Positions 51,377 to 63,688 of a DNA stretch of 64,000 nucleotides are shown piece by piece. Every line of letters starts with the position of its first letter. Position 1 is the first letter of the stretch. This DNA is from an uncultured delta proteobacterium (GTDB taxonomy: Bacteria > Desulfobacterota > Binatia > UBA9968), in contig CAVXEP010000006.1 of assembly GCA_963760795.1 (NCBI GenBank), positions 68,615-132,614 of the forward strand. Direction: 5' to 3'. The translations under genes and the position numbers were made by a program. Under the pieces are notes generated by a model. The model saw only the letters and a program-made list of their open reading frames with translations, was not told the origin of the DNA and made no database searches.

Positions 51377-52366
51377 ATGAAGAAAGCATTATTGGCCATA
51401 TCCATTCTCGCCTTGGTCGGCATCGTGCCTCGAGTGGTCAAGGCGCAAATTATTCAGATCGATGGTTCGAGCACCGTGTTTCCGGTTACCGAAGCGGTTG
51501 CTGAAGAGTTCCAAAAGTCGAAAAAGGGCAAAGTCAAAGTCACTGTCGGCATCGCCGGCACCGGCGGCGGCTTCAAAAAGTTCTGCCGCGCCGAGACCGA
51601 CATCAGCAACGCCTCGCGGCCGATTCTAAAATCGGAGATTGAGGATTGTAAGAAAAGCAACGTGCAATTCATCGAACTGCCAGTTGCCTATGACGCCCTT
51701 ACCGTCATCATCAACCCCAAGAATGACTGGGTTAAGTCCCTTACCGTCGCCGATCTGAAAAAAATGTGGGAGCCTGGAGCGCAGGGTAAAGTGTCCACTT
51801 GGAATCAAATCCGGCCTGAATGGCCCAATAGTCCGTTGAAACTATTCGGCCCTGGTGCGGATTCCGGCACCTTCGATTACTTCACCGAAGCGATCGTCGG
51901 CAAAGCCAAGTCGAGCCGCGGCGATTTCACCGCCAGCGAAGATGACAATGTGTTGGTTCAAGGCGTTGCCAACGACCGCAATGCCCTCGGCTATTTCGGC
52001 TTCGCTTACTACATCGAGAACCAAGCGAAGTTGAAGGCAGTAGCCATCGAAACCGCTAAGGGACCAGTCGCACCGTCGGCGAAGACAGTAGAAGACGGTA
52101 CTTACCAACCACTAGCTCGGCCAATCTTCATTTACATCAGCAAGAAATCCCTGGACACCAAGCCTGATGTAAAAGAGTTCGTCGATTTCTATCTAAAAAA
52201 TGCCTCAAAGCTGGTTAAAGATGTGAAATACGTCGCCCTGCCGCCGGGGGCCTATTCGATCGGCGCGGAGCATATAAAAAAAGGGAAGATCGGCACGGTC
52301 TTTGGCGGCACCGCCGAGGTCGGCGTCAAGATCGAGGATTTAATGAAACGCGAAGCGAGTTTCTAG
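51377..52366 (+). CDS. pstS: Phosphate ABC transporter substrate-binding protein
   Basis: [27 protein letters not shown]. Confidence 0.95.
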   Translation: MKKALLAISILALVGIVPRVVKAQIIQIDGSSTVFPVTEAVAEEFQKSKKGKVKVTVGIAGTGGGFKKFCRAETDISNASRPILKSEIEDCKKSNVQFIELPVAYDALTVIINPKNDWVKSLTVADLKKMWEPGAQGKVSTWNQIRPEWPNSPLKLFGPGADSGTFDYFTEAIVGKAKSSRGDFTASEDDNVLVQGVANDRNALGYFGFAYYIENQAKLKAVAIETAKGPVAPSAKTVEDGTYQPLARPIFIYISKKSLDTKPDVKEFVDFYLKNASKLVKDVKYVALPPGAYSIGAEHIKKGKIGTVFGGTAEVGVKIEDLMKREASF

Positions 52367-52381
52367 AGTTAACCAACGAAT

Positions 52382-52406
52382 GGGAAGGGGCCTCCGGCCC
52401 CTTCCC
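52382..52406 (+). terminator. Perfect stem-loop between pstS and pstC (mRNA stabiliser/attenuator)
   Basis: GGGAAGGGGCC-TCC-GGCCCCTTCCC. Confidence 0.65.
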
Positions 52407-52443
52407 TACCCAAAACCTTCTCTAGACTTGAAAGCGAAACATC

Positions 52444-53394
52444 ATGTCAAAATCGGAAGTTGCCGTCGATTATACGGATGTCCGGGAACAAATTCGCAGT
52501 CGCTCAGGAAGTGTCGCATCACGGAAGGTCCGCGAGCGTATTATCGAAGCTGGCATGTTCCTGTGCGCGGTTTTCTCAGTCCTAATTACAGTGGGCATTG
52601 TTTGGGTCTTAGTTTACGAGTCCTGGAATTTTTTTAGGAACGTTTCGATTATTGACTTCCTCACCGATACGCAATGGACGGTTCTATTTGAAAACCCGCG
52701 CTACGGCATCATGCCGCTGGTGACCGGAACTCTGGTTACCTCAATGATCGCTCTGGTCGTTGCCCTGCCGCTGGGGACGATCATTGCTATCTATTTGAGT
52801 GAATACGCTAACTCGACGGTTCGTGAAATCCTCAAGCCGATCCTAGAGCTCTTGAGCGCCGTGCCCACAGTCGTTTTCGGCTATTTTGCACTATTGTTTA
52901 TCACGCCAATGCTCCAAAGTATTCTACCCGAGTTGCCTGGATTCAACATGCTCAGCGCCGGTATTGTCATCGGCATCATGATCGTTCCCTATATCAGTTC
53001 GCTGAGCGAGGATGCCATGAAAGCGGTGCCGGTGACCATCCGTGAAGGCTCCTACGCCATGGGCGCTACTCGAGTGCAAACCGCACTCCGCGTCCTGATA
53101 CCCGCGGCTTTTTCAGGCATAGCCTCCGCCTACGTGCTAGGCTTCTCCCGTGCCGTCGGCGAGACCATGGTGGTCGCCCTTGCGGCTGGAACCCAGCCCA
53201 ACCTGACCCTCAATCCAATGGAAGGCGCGGCAACTATCACTGCCTATATCGTCCAAGTGAGCTTGGGCGATTTGCCGCACGGCAGCGTCGCCTATCAAAG
53301 CATCTTTGCCGCCGGTCTGACGTTGATGGTAATGACTCTGGTATTCAACATCGGCGGTTACTTCCTGCGAAAGCGCTTCCGGGAGGTTTACTAG
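52444..53394 (+). CDS. pstC: Phosphate ABC transporter permease
   Basis: [20 protein letters not shown]. Confidence 0.95.
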   Translation: MSKSEVAVDYTDVREQIRSRSGSVASRKVRERIIEAGMFLCAVFSVLITVGIVWVLVYESWNFFRNVSIIDFLTDTQWTVLFENPRYGIMPLVTGTLVTSMIALVVALPLGTIIAIYLSEYANSTVREILKPILELLSAVPTVVFGYFALLFITPMLQSILPELPGFNMLSAGIVIGIMIVPYISSLSEDAMKAVPVTIREGSYAMGATRVQTALRVLIPAAFSGIASAYVLGFSRAVGETMVVALAAGTQPNLTLNPMEGAATITAYIVQVSLGDLPHGSVAYQSIFAAGLTLMVMTLVFNIGGYFLRKRFREVY

Positions 53395-53396
53395 TC

Positions 53397-54320
53397 ATGG
53401 AGAAACCATCTGCATTGGTCATCGAGAAAAGCGTCGCCGGTAATAAGACCCGCGATAAAGTTTTTGCCATCGTCGGCCTGCTCGCCACCTTCATCGGCAT
53501 GCTCACGTTAGCCGCGTTGCTCTTCGATCTTTCGAGCGACGGACTCTCACGCATCAAGCCGCACTTTTTCACCTCGTTCCCGTCACGCTTCGCGGGCCAA
53601 GCCGGAATTCTTTCCTCCTGGGTGGGCACGATCCTCGTGATGATTGTCACGGCGCTGGCGGCGGTTCCGATCGGAATTGGTGCCGGTGTGTATCTTGAGG
53701 AGTATGCGCCGAAGAACTGGCTTACCGCGCTCATCGAGATCAACATTGCCAATCTCGCCGGCGTGCCATCGATTGTTTACGGATTGATGGCACTGGGCCT
53801 GTTTGTTTATCAATTTAGGTTCGGACAAAGCATTCTATCCGCCGGGCTCACGCTAGCGTTGCTGATTTTGCCCATCATTATCGTTGCCACCCGGGAATCC
53901 CTCCGCGCAGTCCCAGGCAGCATGAGAGAAGCCGCCTACGCCCTCGGCGCAACCAAATGGCAGACCACCAGCGACCATGTCCTGCCCTATTCCATGGGCG
54001 GCATTTTGACCGGTGTCATTATCGGCTTATCGCGAGCCATCGGTGAAACGGCGCCGCTCATCACCATCGGCGCTCTGACCTTCATCGCCTTCCTGCCTGA
54101 CGCGCCAGTCAAGGCGGAGTTTCCATTCATCTCATTTGAGTGGCTCTGGTCGCCCTTTTCGGTCATGCCAATTCAAATGTTTAACTGGGTGTCGCGGCCA
54201 CAGGCGGAGTTTCACCTCAATGCCGCGGCAACTGGGTTGGTGCTGATGGTCATGACCCTGGCGATGAATGCCGTCGCGATCTATTTTCGTTACCGCTTCC
54301 GCAAACGGATCAAGTGGTAG
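53397..54320 (+). CDS. pstA: Phosphate ABC transporter permease
   Basis: [30 protein letters not shown]. Confidence 0.95.
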   Translation: MEKPSALVIEKSVAGNKTRDKVFAIVGLLATFIGMLTLAALLFDLSSDGLSRIKPHFFTSFPSRFAGQAGILSSWVGTILVMIVTALAAVPIGIGAGVYLEEYAPKNWLTALIEINIANLAGVPSIVYGLMALGLFVYQFRFGQSILSAGLTLALLILPIIIVATRESLRAVPGSMREAAYALGATKWQTTSDHVLPYSMGGILTGVIIGLSRAIGETAPLITIGALTFIAFLPDAPVKAEFPFISFEWLWSPFSVMPIQMFNWVSRPQAEFHLNAAATGLVLMVMTLAMNAVAIYFRYRFRKRIKW

Positions 54321-54338
54321 AAGGCGCCCGAGGCAGCA

Positions 54339-55217
54339 ATGACAAAAACACCCAATGGAGGTAGTATGAGCTTACAAGAACCAAGGGAACCGACTGCCGT
54401 GAACCGCCCAGCGATGAAAGCTATGGACACCTCCATGATCACGACCAGCACTGGCAAGCTGCATAAAGACATTATCAGCGTTGAAAACGTTGATTTTTAC
54501 TACGGTGAAAAGCGCGCGCTTAAATCGATCAATCTGGCGATTGGTGAAAAAAAAGCTACGGCGTTCATCGGCCCCTCCGGCTGCGGCAAGACCACCTTGC
54601 TGCGCTGCCTCAACCGCATGAACGATCTTGTCCTAGGGACTCGGGTCACCGGGCAAATAAAGCTCGAAGGCAAAAACATCTATGACCCCGACCTGGACGT
54701 CATCAACTTGCGCCGGCGGGTTGGCATGATTTTTCAAAAATGGAACCCCTTTCCCAAGAGCATTTACGAGAATATCATTTATGGCCTGCGCATCGTCGGC
54801 ATCAATAACCGCGCTTACTTGGACGAGGTGGTCGAGAAAAGCCTGCGCCGCTCCGCGCTGTGGGACGAAGTAAAAGACAACCTGCACAAAAGCGCCGCTG
54901 ATCTGTCGGGCGGCCAACAGCAGCGCCTTTGCATCGCGCGTGCCCTGGCGGTCGAACCGGAGGTATTGTTGATGGACGAACCCTGTTCCGCCCTCGACCC
55001 GATCTCGACCGCGAAGATTGAGGAATTGATCCACGAGCTAAAAGACACGTTTACGATCGTCATCGTCACCCATAACATGCAGCAAGCCGCGCGAGTATCC
55101 GACTACACGGCATTTTTCTATCTGGGTGAACTAATAGAATTCGGCGACACCGGCAAGCTCTTCACTGCACCGGAGAAGCGTCAGACTGAAGACTACATTA
55201 CCGGGCGGTTCGGATGA
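54339..55217 (+). CDS. pstB: Phosphate ABC transporter ATP-binding protein (start uncertain)
   Basis: [40 protein letters not shown]. Confidence 0.96.
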   Translation: MTKTPNGGSMSLQEPREPTAVNRPAMKAMDTSMITTSTGKLHKDIISVENVDFYYGEKRALKSINLAIGEKKATAFIGPSGCGKTTLLRCLNRMNDLVLGTRVTGQIKLEGKNIYDPDLDVINLRRRVGMIFQKWNPFPKSIYENIIYGLRIVGINNRAYLDEVVEKSLRRSALWDEVKDNLHKSAADLSGGQQQRLCIARALAVEPEVLLMDEPCSALDPISTAKIEELIHELKDTFTIVIVTHNMQQAARVSDYTAFFYLGELIEFGDTGKLFTAPEKRQTEDYITGRFG

Positions 55218-55231
55218 TAAGGGAGATATCG

Positions 55232-55918
55232 ATGAAAACCGAGCATACCGACAAGAGATACGAAGAAGAGCTGACAAAGCTCCGCGAAGAGATCCTCTAC
55301 ATGGGAGGATTGGTGGAAGACCAGATTCAGAAAGCGGTCAAATCGTTGGTCGACCGCGATTCCGACCTGTGCAATATCATTATAGAACGCGACCATGAAG
55401 TGAACCGTCTCGATGTCAATATCGACGACCAGTGCATTAAACTGTTGGCATTGCACCAGCCCGCAGGCCGCGACCTGCGCTTCATTACCACTGGATTGAA
55501 AATCACCACCGATTTGGAACGGATCGGCGATATGGCCGTCAATATCTGCGAACGCGCGCTGGAATTGAACCAGGAACCCCAGCTCAAACCGTATATCGAT
55601 ATTCCGCGCATGGCGCGCATCTCCCAGCGAATGATACATGAAAGCCTCGACGCCTTTGTCCGGGAAGACACCGAGCTCGCCTTAAAGGTGTGCAAGGACG
55701 ACGACGATGTCGATCAGCTCAACGCGCAGATTTTTCGCGAGACCCTTACGTTCATGCTCGAAAACGTTCAAACCATCAGTCGCGCGACTAAGATTAGCTC
55801 GATCTCAAAATATTTGGAGCGGATCGCCGACCATGCGACCAATATCGCTGAAATGGTGATCTTCATGGTTAAGGGTAAAAGCATTCGTCACATGAAGGTA
55901 CTCCCGCCATCGGTTTAA
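55232..55918 (+). CDS. phoU: Phosphate signalling complex protein PhoU
   Basis: QPAGRDLR, DLERIGD, YLERIADHATNIAE. Confidence 0.95.
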   Translation: MKTEHTDKRYEEELTKLREEILYMGGLVEDQIQKAVKSLVDRDSDLCNIIIERDHEVNRLDVNIDDQCIKLLALHQPAGRDLRFITTGLKITTDLERIGDMAVNICERALELNQEPQLKPYIDIPRMARISQRMIHESLDAFVREDTELALKVCKDDDDVDQLNAQIFRETLTFMLENVQTISRATKISSISKYLERIADHATNIAEMVIFMVKGKSIRHMKVLPPSV

Positions 55919-55924
55919 TTAATT

Positions 55925-56644
55925 ATGGGAAATGGCGCATACAAGATTCTCGTCGTCGAAGACGAGCCCGATATCCGCAAGCTGGTGCACTACAACCTGG
56001 CTCAGGATCATTACAAAGTTATCGAAGCTGAAAGCGGCGACCAAGCGCTTAAACTTATTCATCGCGATAAACCAAGCCTGGTCATTCTCGACCTGATGAT
56101 GCCGGGAATGTCAGGCTTAGAGGTTTGTAGAGTACTCCGTGGCCAAGACGAAACCGCCAAACTACCGATTCTAATGCTGACCGCCAAGGCGGGTGAAGCG
56201 GATCGCGTTCTTGGGCTGGAATTAGGCGCGGATGATTATCTGGCTAAACCCTTCAGTCCGCGTGAACTGGTCGCCCGCGTGCGCGCAATCCTACGCCGTG
56301 CCAATGGCGCCGGCCGAACGGAAACCCTCCCGGCTTATCAAAAGGGCGGTTTGAAAATCGATTTTGCCACCTACGAAGTATCGGTGCGCGGCAAACCGAT
56401 CAAACTGACGCTCAAGGAGTTCGAGCTTTTAAAATTTCTCGTCGAGAATCCCAGCCGAGTGCTCAACCGCGATCAACTCCTCGATCGCGTCTGGGGCGGC
56501 GAAACCTTCGTCACCCCGCGCACCGTCGACGTGCATATTCGCCGCTTGCGCAAGGCGATCGAAAAGGACGATAGTAATCCCACATGGATTTTGACTCTGC
56601 GCGGAGTCGGCTACAAGTTCGATGAAAAGGCTCTGGAATCTTAG
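55925..56644 (+). CDS. phoB: OmpR-family response regulator PhoB
   Basis: [24 protein letters not shown]; position in pst operon. Confidence 0.92.
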   Translation: MGNGAYKILVVEDEPDIRKLVHYNLAQDHYKVIEAESGDQALKLIHRDKPSLVILDLMMPGMSGLEVCRVLRGQDETAKLPILMLTAKAGEADRVLGLELGADDYLAKPFSPRELVARVRAILRRANGAGRTETLPAYQKGGLKIDFATYEVSVRGKPIKLTLKEFELLKFLVENPSRVLNRDQLLDRVWGGETFVTPRTVDVHIRRLRKAIEKDDSNPTWILTLRGVGYKFDEKALES

Positions 56645-58839
56645 TCTCGTTGCTAAAGTATTTTATTCTTACCTTGCGGTCGCTCTGCTGTTGGTCCTGG
56701 GGTTCTATGTTTCCGCCAGCGACCTGATTCGCAGCTTTTATGTCGCCACGCTGAGCAGTCGGATGGACCAAGAAGCCCATCTGCTCGGCCAAGTGTTGCC
56801 ATTTGGCGTGGAAAGCGACGAGCTTGACGCCCTCTGCCGCCAATTCGCCGGCGAACTGGGCTCGCGCATCACCGTGATCGCCCTCGACGGTAAAGTCTTA
56901 GGCGACTCCGCCGAGCCTTCGGCTAAAATGGAAAACCATCGTAGCCGGCCAGAGGTGATCGAAGCGGTAAAATCCGTGACCGGCAGCGCTCAACGCTACA
57001 GCAACACGGTCGGCTTCGACATGCTCTACCGGGCATTTCATCAGCGCGGCGAAAATCAGCAGCGGATCGTCCGTCTCGCCATTCCACTAAAGGACCTCAA
57101 TGGCGTCATCCACGCCATGCGCCGCTCGCTAATCGCGGGATTACTCATGGCTTCGGTAGCCGGACTCTTACTTGCTTGGTGGTTTGCAAAATACCTGGGC
57201 GAGCGCTTGGAACGGCTTGTACACTTCTCTGGCAAGATCGCCCAAGGAAGCTTCCCGCAAGACTTCTTTCCCGGTCACGAGGGAGACGAGATCGGCCTAC
57301 TCGAGCGACACCTGAACGATATGAGCCGGCAAATTCGCGACAATCTTGTCGAAATCACCGGCGAAAAAGAAAAGGCAGATTCGATCTTGCGCTGCATGAT
57401 TGAGGGGGTAGTGGTACTCGATCCAAAGGGTAATGTACTAGTCATCAACGACCAAGCCAAAGCCATGTTTCAATTGCCAGCTGGGCGTGATGTCCACGGC
57501 GCCTCGGTCCTAGAACTCTCCCGCCATCCCGACATCCGGGCGATTTTGAATGAAGTCGTGAAGTTCGATTTTACTAGCCAAAGGTACAGCAAAGAGATCG
57601 AATTCGCGGATGGCATCTGGTTCAGCGTCAACGCAGCGCCGCTACGAAATGCTCAACGTATGACCTTGGGCTCGATACTGGTCTTCCACGAAGTCACCGA
57701 GCTGAAGAGGCTCGAAACCATTCGCTCCGACTTTGTCGCCAACGTTTCGCACGAATTGCGAACACCGCTGACGGCGATCCAAGGCTACATTGAAACGTTA
57801 ATCCATTCTCCACCCAGCAAAGCCGAGGATCGCCAACAGTTCCTCGAAATCATCGAGCGCCACGCCGAAAGACTCGGCCGGTTGACCGAGGATCTCCTGA
57901 CCCTGTCAGATCTCGAGTCGGGCAAGATCCAGATCGCGCCGCGGCCGGTGGATACCTCCCGACTGGTGCAGCAAACACTCGAAGTCTTTTGGAACCGGGC
58001 AGCCAAGAAGAAAATCAAACTCAGCCAAGAAATATCCGCTACATGCGGTAAAATCAGCGGCGACCCGGATCGTTTACAGCAGCTGCTCATCAACCTCGTC
58101 GACAATGCCGTCAAATATACGCCGTCGGGCGGCACCGTGACCCTGAGCGCCGCCGAATGCGAATCGGAAGACGGGGAGCGACAAATCGAAATCTCAGTCG
58201 CGGACAGCGGTGTGGGCATCCCGGAAAAAGATTTACCGCGACTGACAGAGCGCTTCTACCGTGTCGATAAGGCGAGATCACGGGATCTCGGTGGCACAGG
58301 CCTCGGCCTGGCAATCGTCAAACATATCGTTCAGGTTCATCGCGGCGAACTGAGAATCACCAGCGAGCTGAACAAAGGCACGACGATTAGCGTGCGTCTG
58401 CCAATCGCCGAGAACGGTACTGCTGCTAATGCTGGTATTTTATTTCTGTGTACAGGTAATTCTTGCCGCAGCCAGATGGCCGAGGGCTTCGCCCGCCAGT
58501 TGGTTCGCAACGGAGAGAAAATTTATAGCGCGGGAACCAGTCCAAAGGGCGTTCACCCATTGGCGATCCGCGTCATGCAGGAAGTTGGCATCGACATATC
58601 CCAGCCAGGACTCGAAGGGACTCGACGAGATTCCCTTGCAGCAAATAGGTCACCTAATTACTCTGTGCGGCGACGCCGCCGATAGCTGCGCGTCCCTGCG
58701 GGGTGGATTCACGCGCACACATTGGCCGTTGTCCGACCCTGCCGCGGCAGCCGGTACGGAAACAGAAGTCTTGCCCCTATTCCGCACCGTTCGCGATCAA
58801 ATCCAAGACCGGGTCGCCGCTCTCTTCTCCCAGCCATAA
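56622..58839 (+). CDS. phoR: PhoR sensor kinase fused to C-terminal ArsC/LMW-PTP domain (one frameshift near 58602)
   Basis: ENHRSRPEV periplasmic motif, [30 protein letters not shown]; then in frame [17 protein letters not shown]; shifted frame gives [11 protein letters not shown]...HWPLSDP...VRDQI. Confidence 0.88.
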
Positions 58840-58946
58840 ATCTTTTCGTTTTAGTTGAAGCTCCGCGAAACGCGTGATAGATCTCATCGCGTTTCGTATT
58901 CTCGGTTCTCATATTCCAATATTTAACCGTTTTGCTTGGAGCGATC

Positions 58947-59039
58947 ATGGCGAAATTTCAGTTTTTGCCGGCTGAGACGAAATTCTACGACTGGTTTGAG
59001 AAAGCTACGGCGAACCTTCTAGAAGGCGCGGCGGCGTGA
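58947..59039 (+). pseudogene. DUF47 (PhoU-like Pit accessory) N-terminal fragment, truncated at junction
   Basis: GGAG RBS, MAKFQFLPAETKFYDWFEKATANLLEGAA matches typical DUF47 start; stops after 30 codons. Confidence 0.7.
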
Positions 59040-59880
59040 TCCAGGGCTCGGTCCTCGACGCCGCGCTCGTCGATGACTGCATGCGCGAGGCTGGGACCTG
59101 CTTCCATCTCGCAGCCCCGGTGGGGGTGCGGCTGGTGATCGATCGCCCGCTCGACACGCTCGTCGACGGGGTGGAGGGGACGCAGACCGTGGTCGAGGCC
59201 GCCGCCCGCCACGATCGCCGCCTGATCTTCGCCTCGACCTCGGAGATCTACGGCAAGAACAGCACCGGCCGCTCGGCGAGGACTCAGACCGGTTGCTCGG
59301 CTCGCCCTCGAAGTCGCGCTGGAGCTACGCGACGGCGAAGACCTTCGGCGAGGTGCTCGCCTACGGCTATCACCAGGAGCACGGCTCGCGACACGTCGTG
59401 CGGCTCTTCAACACCGTCGGCCCGCGCCAGACCGGGCTACGGCATGGTCCTGCCGCGCTTCGTCGCCAAGCGCTGCTCGGCCAGGACCTGACCGTCTACG
59501 GCGACGGCACCCAGTCGCGGTGCTTCGCCCACGTCGCCGACACGATCGAGGCGCTGATCGCTGCTCGCCGAGCGCGAGGACTCGGTCGGCACCGCGTTCA
59601 ACATCGGCAACCCGAGCTGAGATCACGATCGGCGACCTCGCCGAGCGCGTGATCGAGCGCGCCGAGTCGACTTCGAGATCACCTACGTCCCGTTCGACGT
59701 CGCCTACGAGGAGGGGTTTGAGGAGCTCGGCGTCCGCAAGCCCGACACGACCGCGCTTCGCAAGCTCACCGGCTGGGAGCCGAAGCGATCGATCGAGCAG
59801 GCGATCGACGACGTGATCGCCCCAGCACGAGCTCCTTATCGCGGCCGAACGCGCGCCCGCCGGCCGCGCGTTCGTGAGCG
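59036..59880 (+). CDS. NDP-sugar epimerase/dehydratase, 5'-truncated and multiply frameshifted
   Basis: FHLAAPVGV, ASTSEIYGK, RWSYATAK, RLFNTVGPRQ, VYGDGTQSRCF in different frames. Confidence 0.75.
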
Positions 59881-60879
59881 ACGTCGGCGCGCCGGCGGTC
59901 GGACTCGCCCTCGCGGGCTTCGGCCGGCCGCGATCCGGTCCCGCTTGCGGGCGCTCGCGGTCCGCACCGGGCTTCTTCGACCATCCGGTCGGCTACAAGG
60001 CCCACGGCGCGCGACCCCCTACCTCGGCGGCTTGCGGTGGTGGCGGTTCGGTGCGCCGTGGTCCTGATCGGCGACTTCGCTCGCGGTTCGACCAGCCATT
60101 GGCGTGCGTCTCGCGCCTCCATCGTGGTCGGCACGGTCGACGACCGGGTCAACCTGCCGGTCGCTGCCGGCGTCGCGGTCCAGGTCGGCTGCCGCGATCG
60201 CCCTCTGGACGCGGACCTCGGCTGGGAGCTGTTCGCCAGCGACGCGCTCAACCTCGCGCTCACGGTCCTCTGGGTCGTCGGCCTCGTCAACGCCTTCAAC
60301 CTGATGGACAACCTGGACGGCGCCGCGGGATCGTGTCGCCGCCGCGAGCCCGATCGGGATCGCGTTCTCGCCCTGGTCCACGGCGACCCGCGATCGCCGC
60401 GCTCGCCATCGCGCTCGCCGCCGCGTGCGCCGGCTTCCTGCCGTTCAACCTCGCGCAGCCCTCGCGGATCTTCCTCGGCGACGGGGGCAGCATGCCGATC
60501 GGCCTGCTGGTCGCGGCGCTGATCATGGCTGCGCGTCGTGGGGATGGGCGAGCGCTACCCGCCTTCGCGCCCCTCGCCGGCCTCGCGATCCTCGACACGG
60601 CCCTGGTCGTCGTTTCCCGCGCCGTCGCGGGGCGCCGATGCTGAGCGGCGCCCGCGACCACCTCACCCATCGACTGCTGACCGGCTCGACGCCCAGCGCT
60701 GGTGGCGGCCCGCTGCGATCGGCCAGCGCTGCTCTGGCGCTGCGCGCTCCTCGTCGCTCGCCGAAGCCGGGCGGATCGCGGTCTTCAACGTCGGCGCCCT
60801 CGGCGCCTTCGTCGCGCTCGGCACCATCCTGGCGCTCGGGGCTCGTGCCGAGAGCGCCCGCGCGGAGCGCTCGGGCTGA
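59874..60879 (+). CDS. WecA/TagO/MraY-like polyprenyl-phosphate HexNAc-1-P transferase, multiply frameshifted
   Basis: TPYLGG, NAFNLMDNLDG, IFLGDGGS, RDHLTHRL. Confidence 0.75.
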
Positions 60880-62045
60880 GCCGGATCCGGGTTCTGCGGG
60901 TGATCGCCCGCCTCAACCTCGGCGGACCGGCGCATCAGGCCGCCCTGCTCAGCGGCCGCCGGATGGATCCCGATCGCTTCGAGACCCTGCTCGTCCACGG
61001 TCGCCTCGCGCCGGGCGAGGAGTCGATGGCGGAGCTCGCCGAGCAGGAGGGCGCGCGGATGATCTACCTGCCGACGCTGGGCCAGCCGATCTCGCCACCG
61101 CGCGACGCTCGCGCCCTTGCCGGGCTGCCGGCACGATGGGCGTTTCCGTCCGGACATCGTTCACACCCACACCGCGAAGGCCGGCTTCCTGGGCGCGCGG
61201 CGGCCCGGCTGCGCCCGGCTCCGGCCGGGATCGTCCACACCTTCCACGGCCACGTGCTCGAGGGCTACTTCGGCGCCCGCCAAGACCCGTCTGTTCGCGA
61301 GCTCGAGCGCGGCGCTCGCCCGTCGCACCGACCGCCTGATCGGGGTCAGCCAGGCAACGGTCGACGATCTGGTCCGCCTCGGGGTGGCGCCCGCGAGAGC
61401 AGTTCCAGGTGATCCCGCTCGGGCTCGACCTGCGACCAGTTCGCCGAGGCGATGGGCCGGCACGGGCCATCGAGCTGCGCGACGAGCTCGGGCTCGCGGC
61501 CGACGACGTCGTCTTCACGTCTTCGTCGGTCGCATGGTGCCGATCAAGCGCCTCGATCTTCTGCTTCGTGGGCTTCGCTCGCAGCCGCAAGCGGACGAGC
61601 GCGTCGGCTCGTGATCGTCGGCGACGGCGAGATCGCGATCGGGCTCGAGAGCTCGTGGCGTCCGAGCTCGGCGTCCGCGACGCGGTGCACTTCCTCGGCT
61701 ACCGCAGCGACCTCGCCCGGTCTCCGCCGCCGCGGACCTCGCCGTGATCAGCTCCGACAACGAGGGCACGCCCGTGTCGCTGATCGAGGCCGGCCGCGGC
61801 CGGCCTGCCCGCAGTCGCCACCGATGTCGGGGGGGTGGCGGAGACGATCGTCGGCACGGATCGAGGGCTCCTTGTCTCGCCGGGCCAGTGCCGATGCGTT
61901 CGCAGCCGGCCTGATTCGTCTCGCCGACGATCGCCCCGGTTCGCACGGCATGGATGGGCCGCGATGGCCGACACAGGTGCTGGCCCGAAACGGGGCGGAC
62001 CGTCTCGCACGCCGACCGGCGATCGGTGAGATCATCGAGCTCTGA
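60876..62045 (+). CDS. GT4 glycosyltransferase, multiply frameshifted
   Basis: RVIARLNLGGPA, HTHTAKAG, HTFHGHV, SSDNEGTPVSLIEA. Confidence 0.75.
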
Positions 62046-62159
62046 ACGAGGGGAGTTTCGGCGTCGTCGCGCTCGGCGGCGGGGCTCGCAGGACTCGGTG
62101 TCGCGACCTGCCGAGCCGACCCAGTCACCTGCCGTCGGACTCCGTTTCCCGTTTGAGTC

Positions 62160-63646
62160 GCCGTAGACTCAAGGGCCGCTGCGGGGGAGGGATCGGCGTC
62201 CTCTCGGTCCGTAGCCGTATTCGCCGTACCCATACAGTCCCGAGCGCCCGCGCCCGTGGCCACGACACCGAGGACGTCCGGCTCGCGGCGTCGATCACTA
62301 CCCGCGCCCTCTCGAGTGATCGCGAGTGGTGTGGTTGAGGCGCGCGACGAGGATCACGCCGGAGACCGTCCGAGCAGCGGGCAGCGCGTCGCTGACCACG
62401 ATCAAGGGCGGTGTCGATGACGACCATGTCCGGCTTCGCCCGTCTGCCATCGAGGAGCGTCCATCCGCTCGGACCCGAGGAGGACGCAGGGATTCGAGGC
62501 AGGTGGGTCGGCGGACAGCACGCGCAGACGCCGCCGCCCACGTCGACCTGTCGAGCGGCTCTGGGGTCCGCTCCCCGACGAGGACGGCTGAGCCCGGCCG
62601 AGCGCTCGACGCCAAGTGCGCCCGCCGGCTCGCGGCGACGCAGATCGCCGTCGAGGAGGATGACGTCATGCGCCGCGAGCGCAGCGCGATCGCAAGGCAG
62701 ACGCCACGCGTCGACTCACCGTCCGCGCGGTGGGGCTTCCGACGAGGACGCTCCCGAGCGACCGGTCCACGTTGAAGTAGGTCAGGCTGGCGCGCAGGGT
62801 CTCGAACGCCTCGCGCGCGCCGGGGGCAGGCCGGCGCCCGGGAAACGCGGTTGCGGGAATCGTCGCCAGCAGCGGGGCACCGGTGATCTCCTCGAGCTCC
62901 TCGGTCTCACGCAGGCGGCGATCGAATCTGAGCAGCAGCGGCACCAATGCCGCGACGATCAGCAGGGCGAGGACGAAGCCGACGACGGTGTCGCGCGCGG
63001 GCTGGGGCGAGGCGGGGTCCTCGGGCGGGGTTGCCGGCCCGATCGTCGTCGTTCCGCCCTGACTGGCCCGCAGCGCCTCGAGCTCCTGAACCTGGGCCGC
63101 GCGCTGTTCCTCCTCGAGGGCGGTGTCGGCGGGGTTCGCCTGGCTTTCGAGGGTCTCGATCGCGTCGTCGATCCGCTCCACGGCGCGCTCGGTGCGGATC
63201 TCGCCGACCGTCTCGGCGAACGTGTTCGCGATCGTCGCCGCACGCTGCGGGGTGTCGGCCTCGGCGCGGATCTCGAACAGCTGCGTCACCTGCGACGAGC
63301 GCGACTGAAGTGGGCTCAGCCGGGCGCTGACGTCCTCGAGCAGGTCCTCGAAGCCGGAGGGCGGCTCTCCGAGCTTCTCGAGCACCCGCTTCGCCACCGG
63401 CTCGGTCTCGACCAGCTGGAGCGCGCCCTGCGAGACCGTGACCGAGGTCCCGCCGAGCGTCGTCGCTGTGCTACCTCCGGTCTGCGCCTCGACGGTCACG
63501 GTCGCTGCCCACGTCTTCGGCAGCAGGGAGGAGATCGCGAAGGCGAGCGCGGGGAGCGCGATCAGGATCGCGAGCAGGATCCAGCGGTATCGCCACACGC
63601 GCCGCAGGGCGGCGCGCGGATCGCGTGATCCCCCGGCCTCGTTCAC
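62160..63646 (-). CDS. Polysaccharide co-polymerase/tyrosine kinase (Wzz-CpsD/Wzc-like), frameshifted; 3' end approximate
   Basis: Two-TM Wzz-like N-terminal part, EAFETLRASL, DMVVIDT, GVILVAR. Confidence 0.72.
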
Positions 63647-63688
63647 AGAAGCGGGCAGTGTATAGCCCGGCTATCTTCGCGCCCGACA

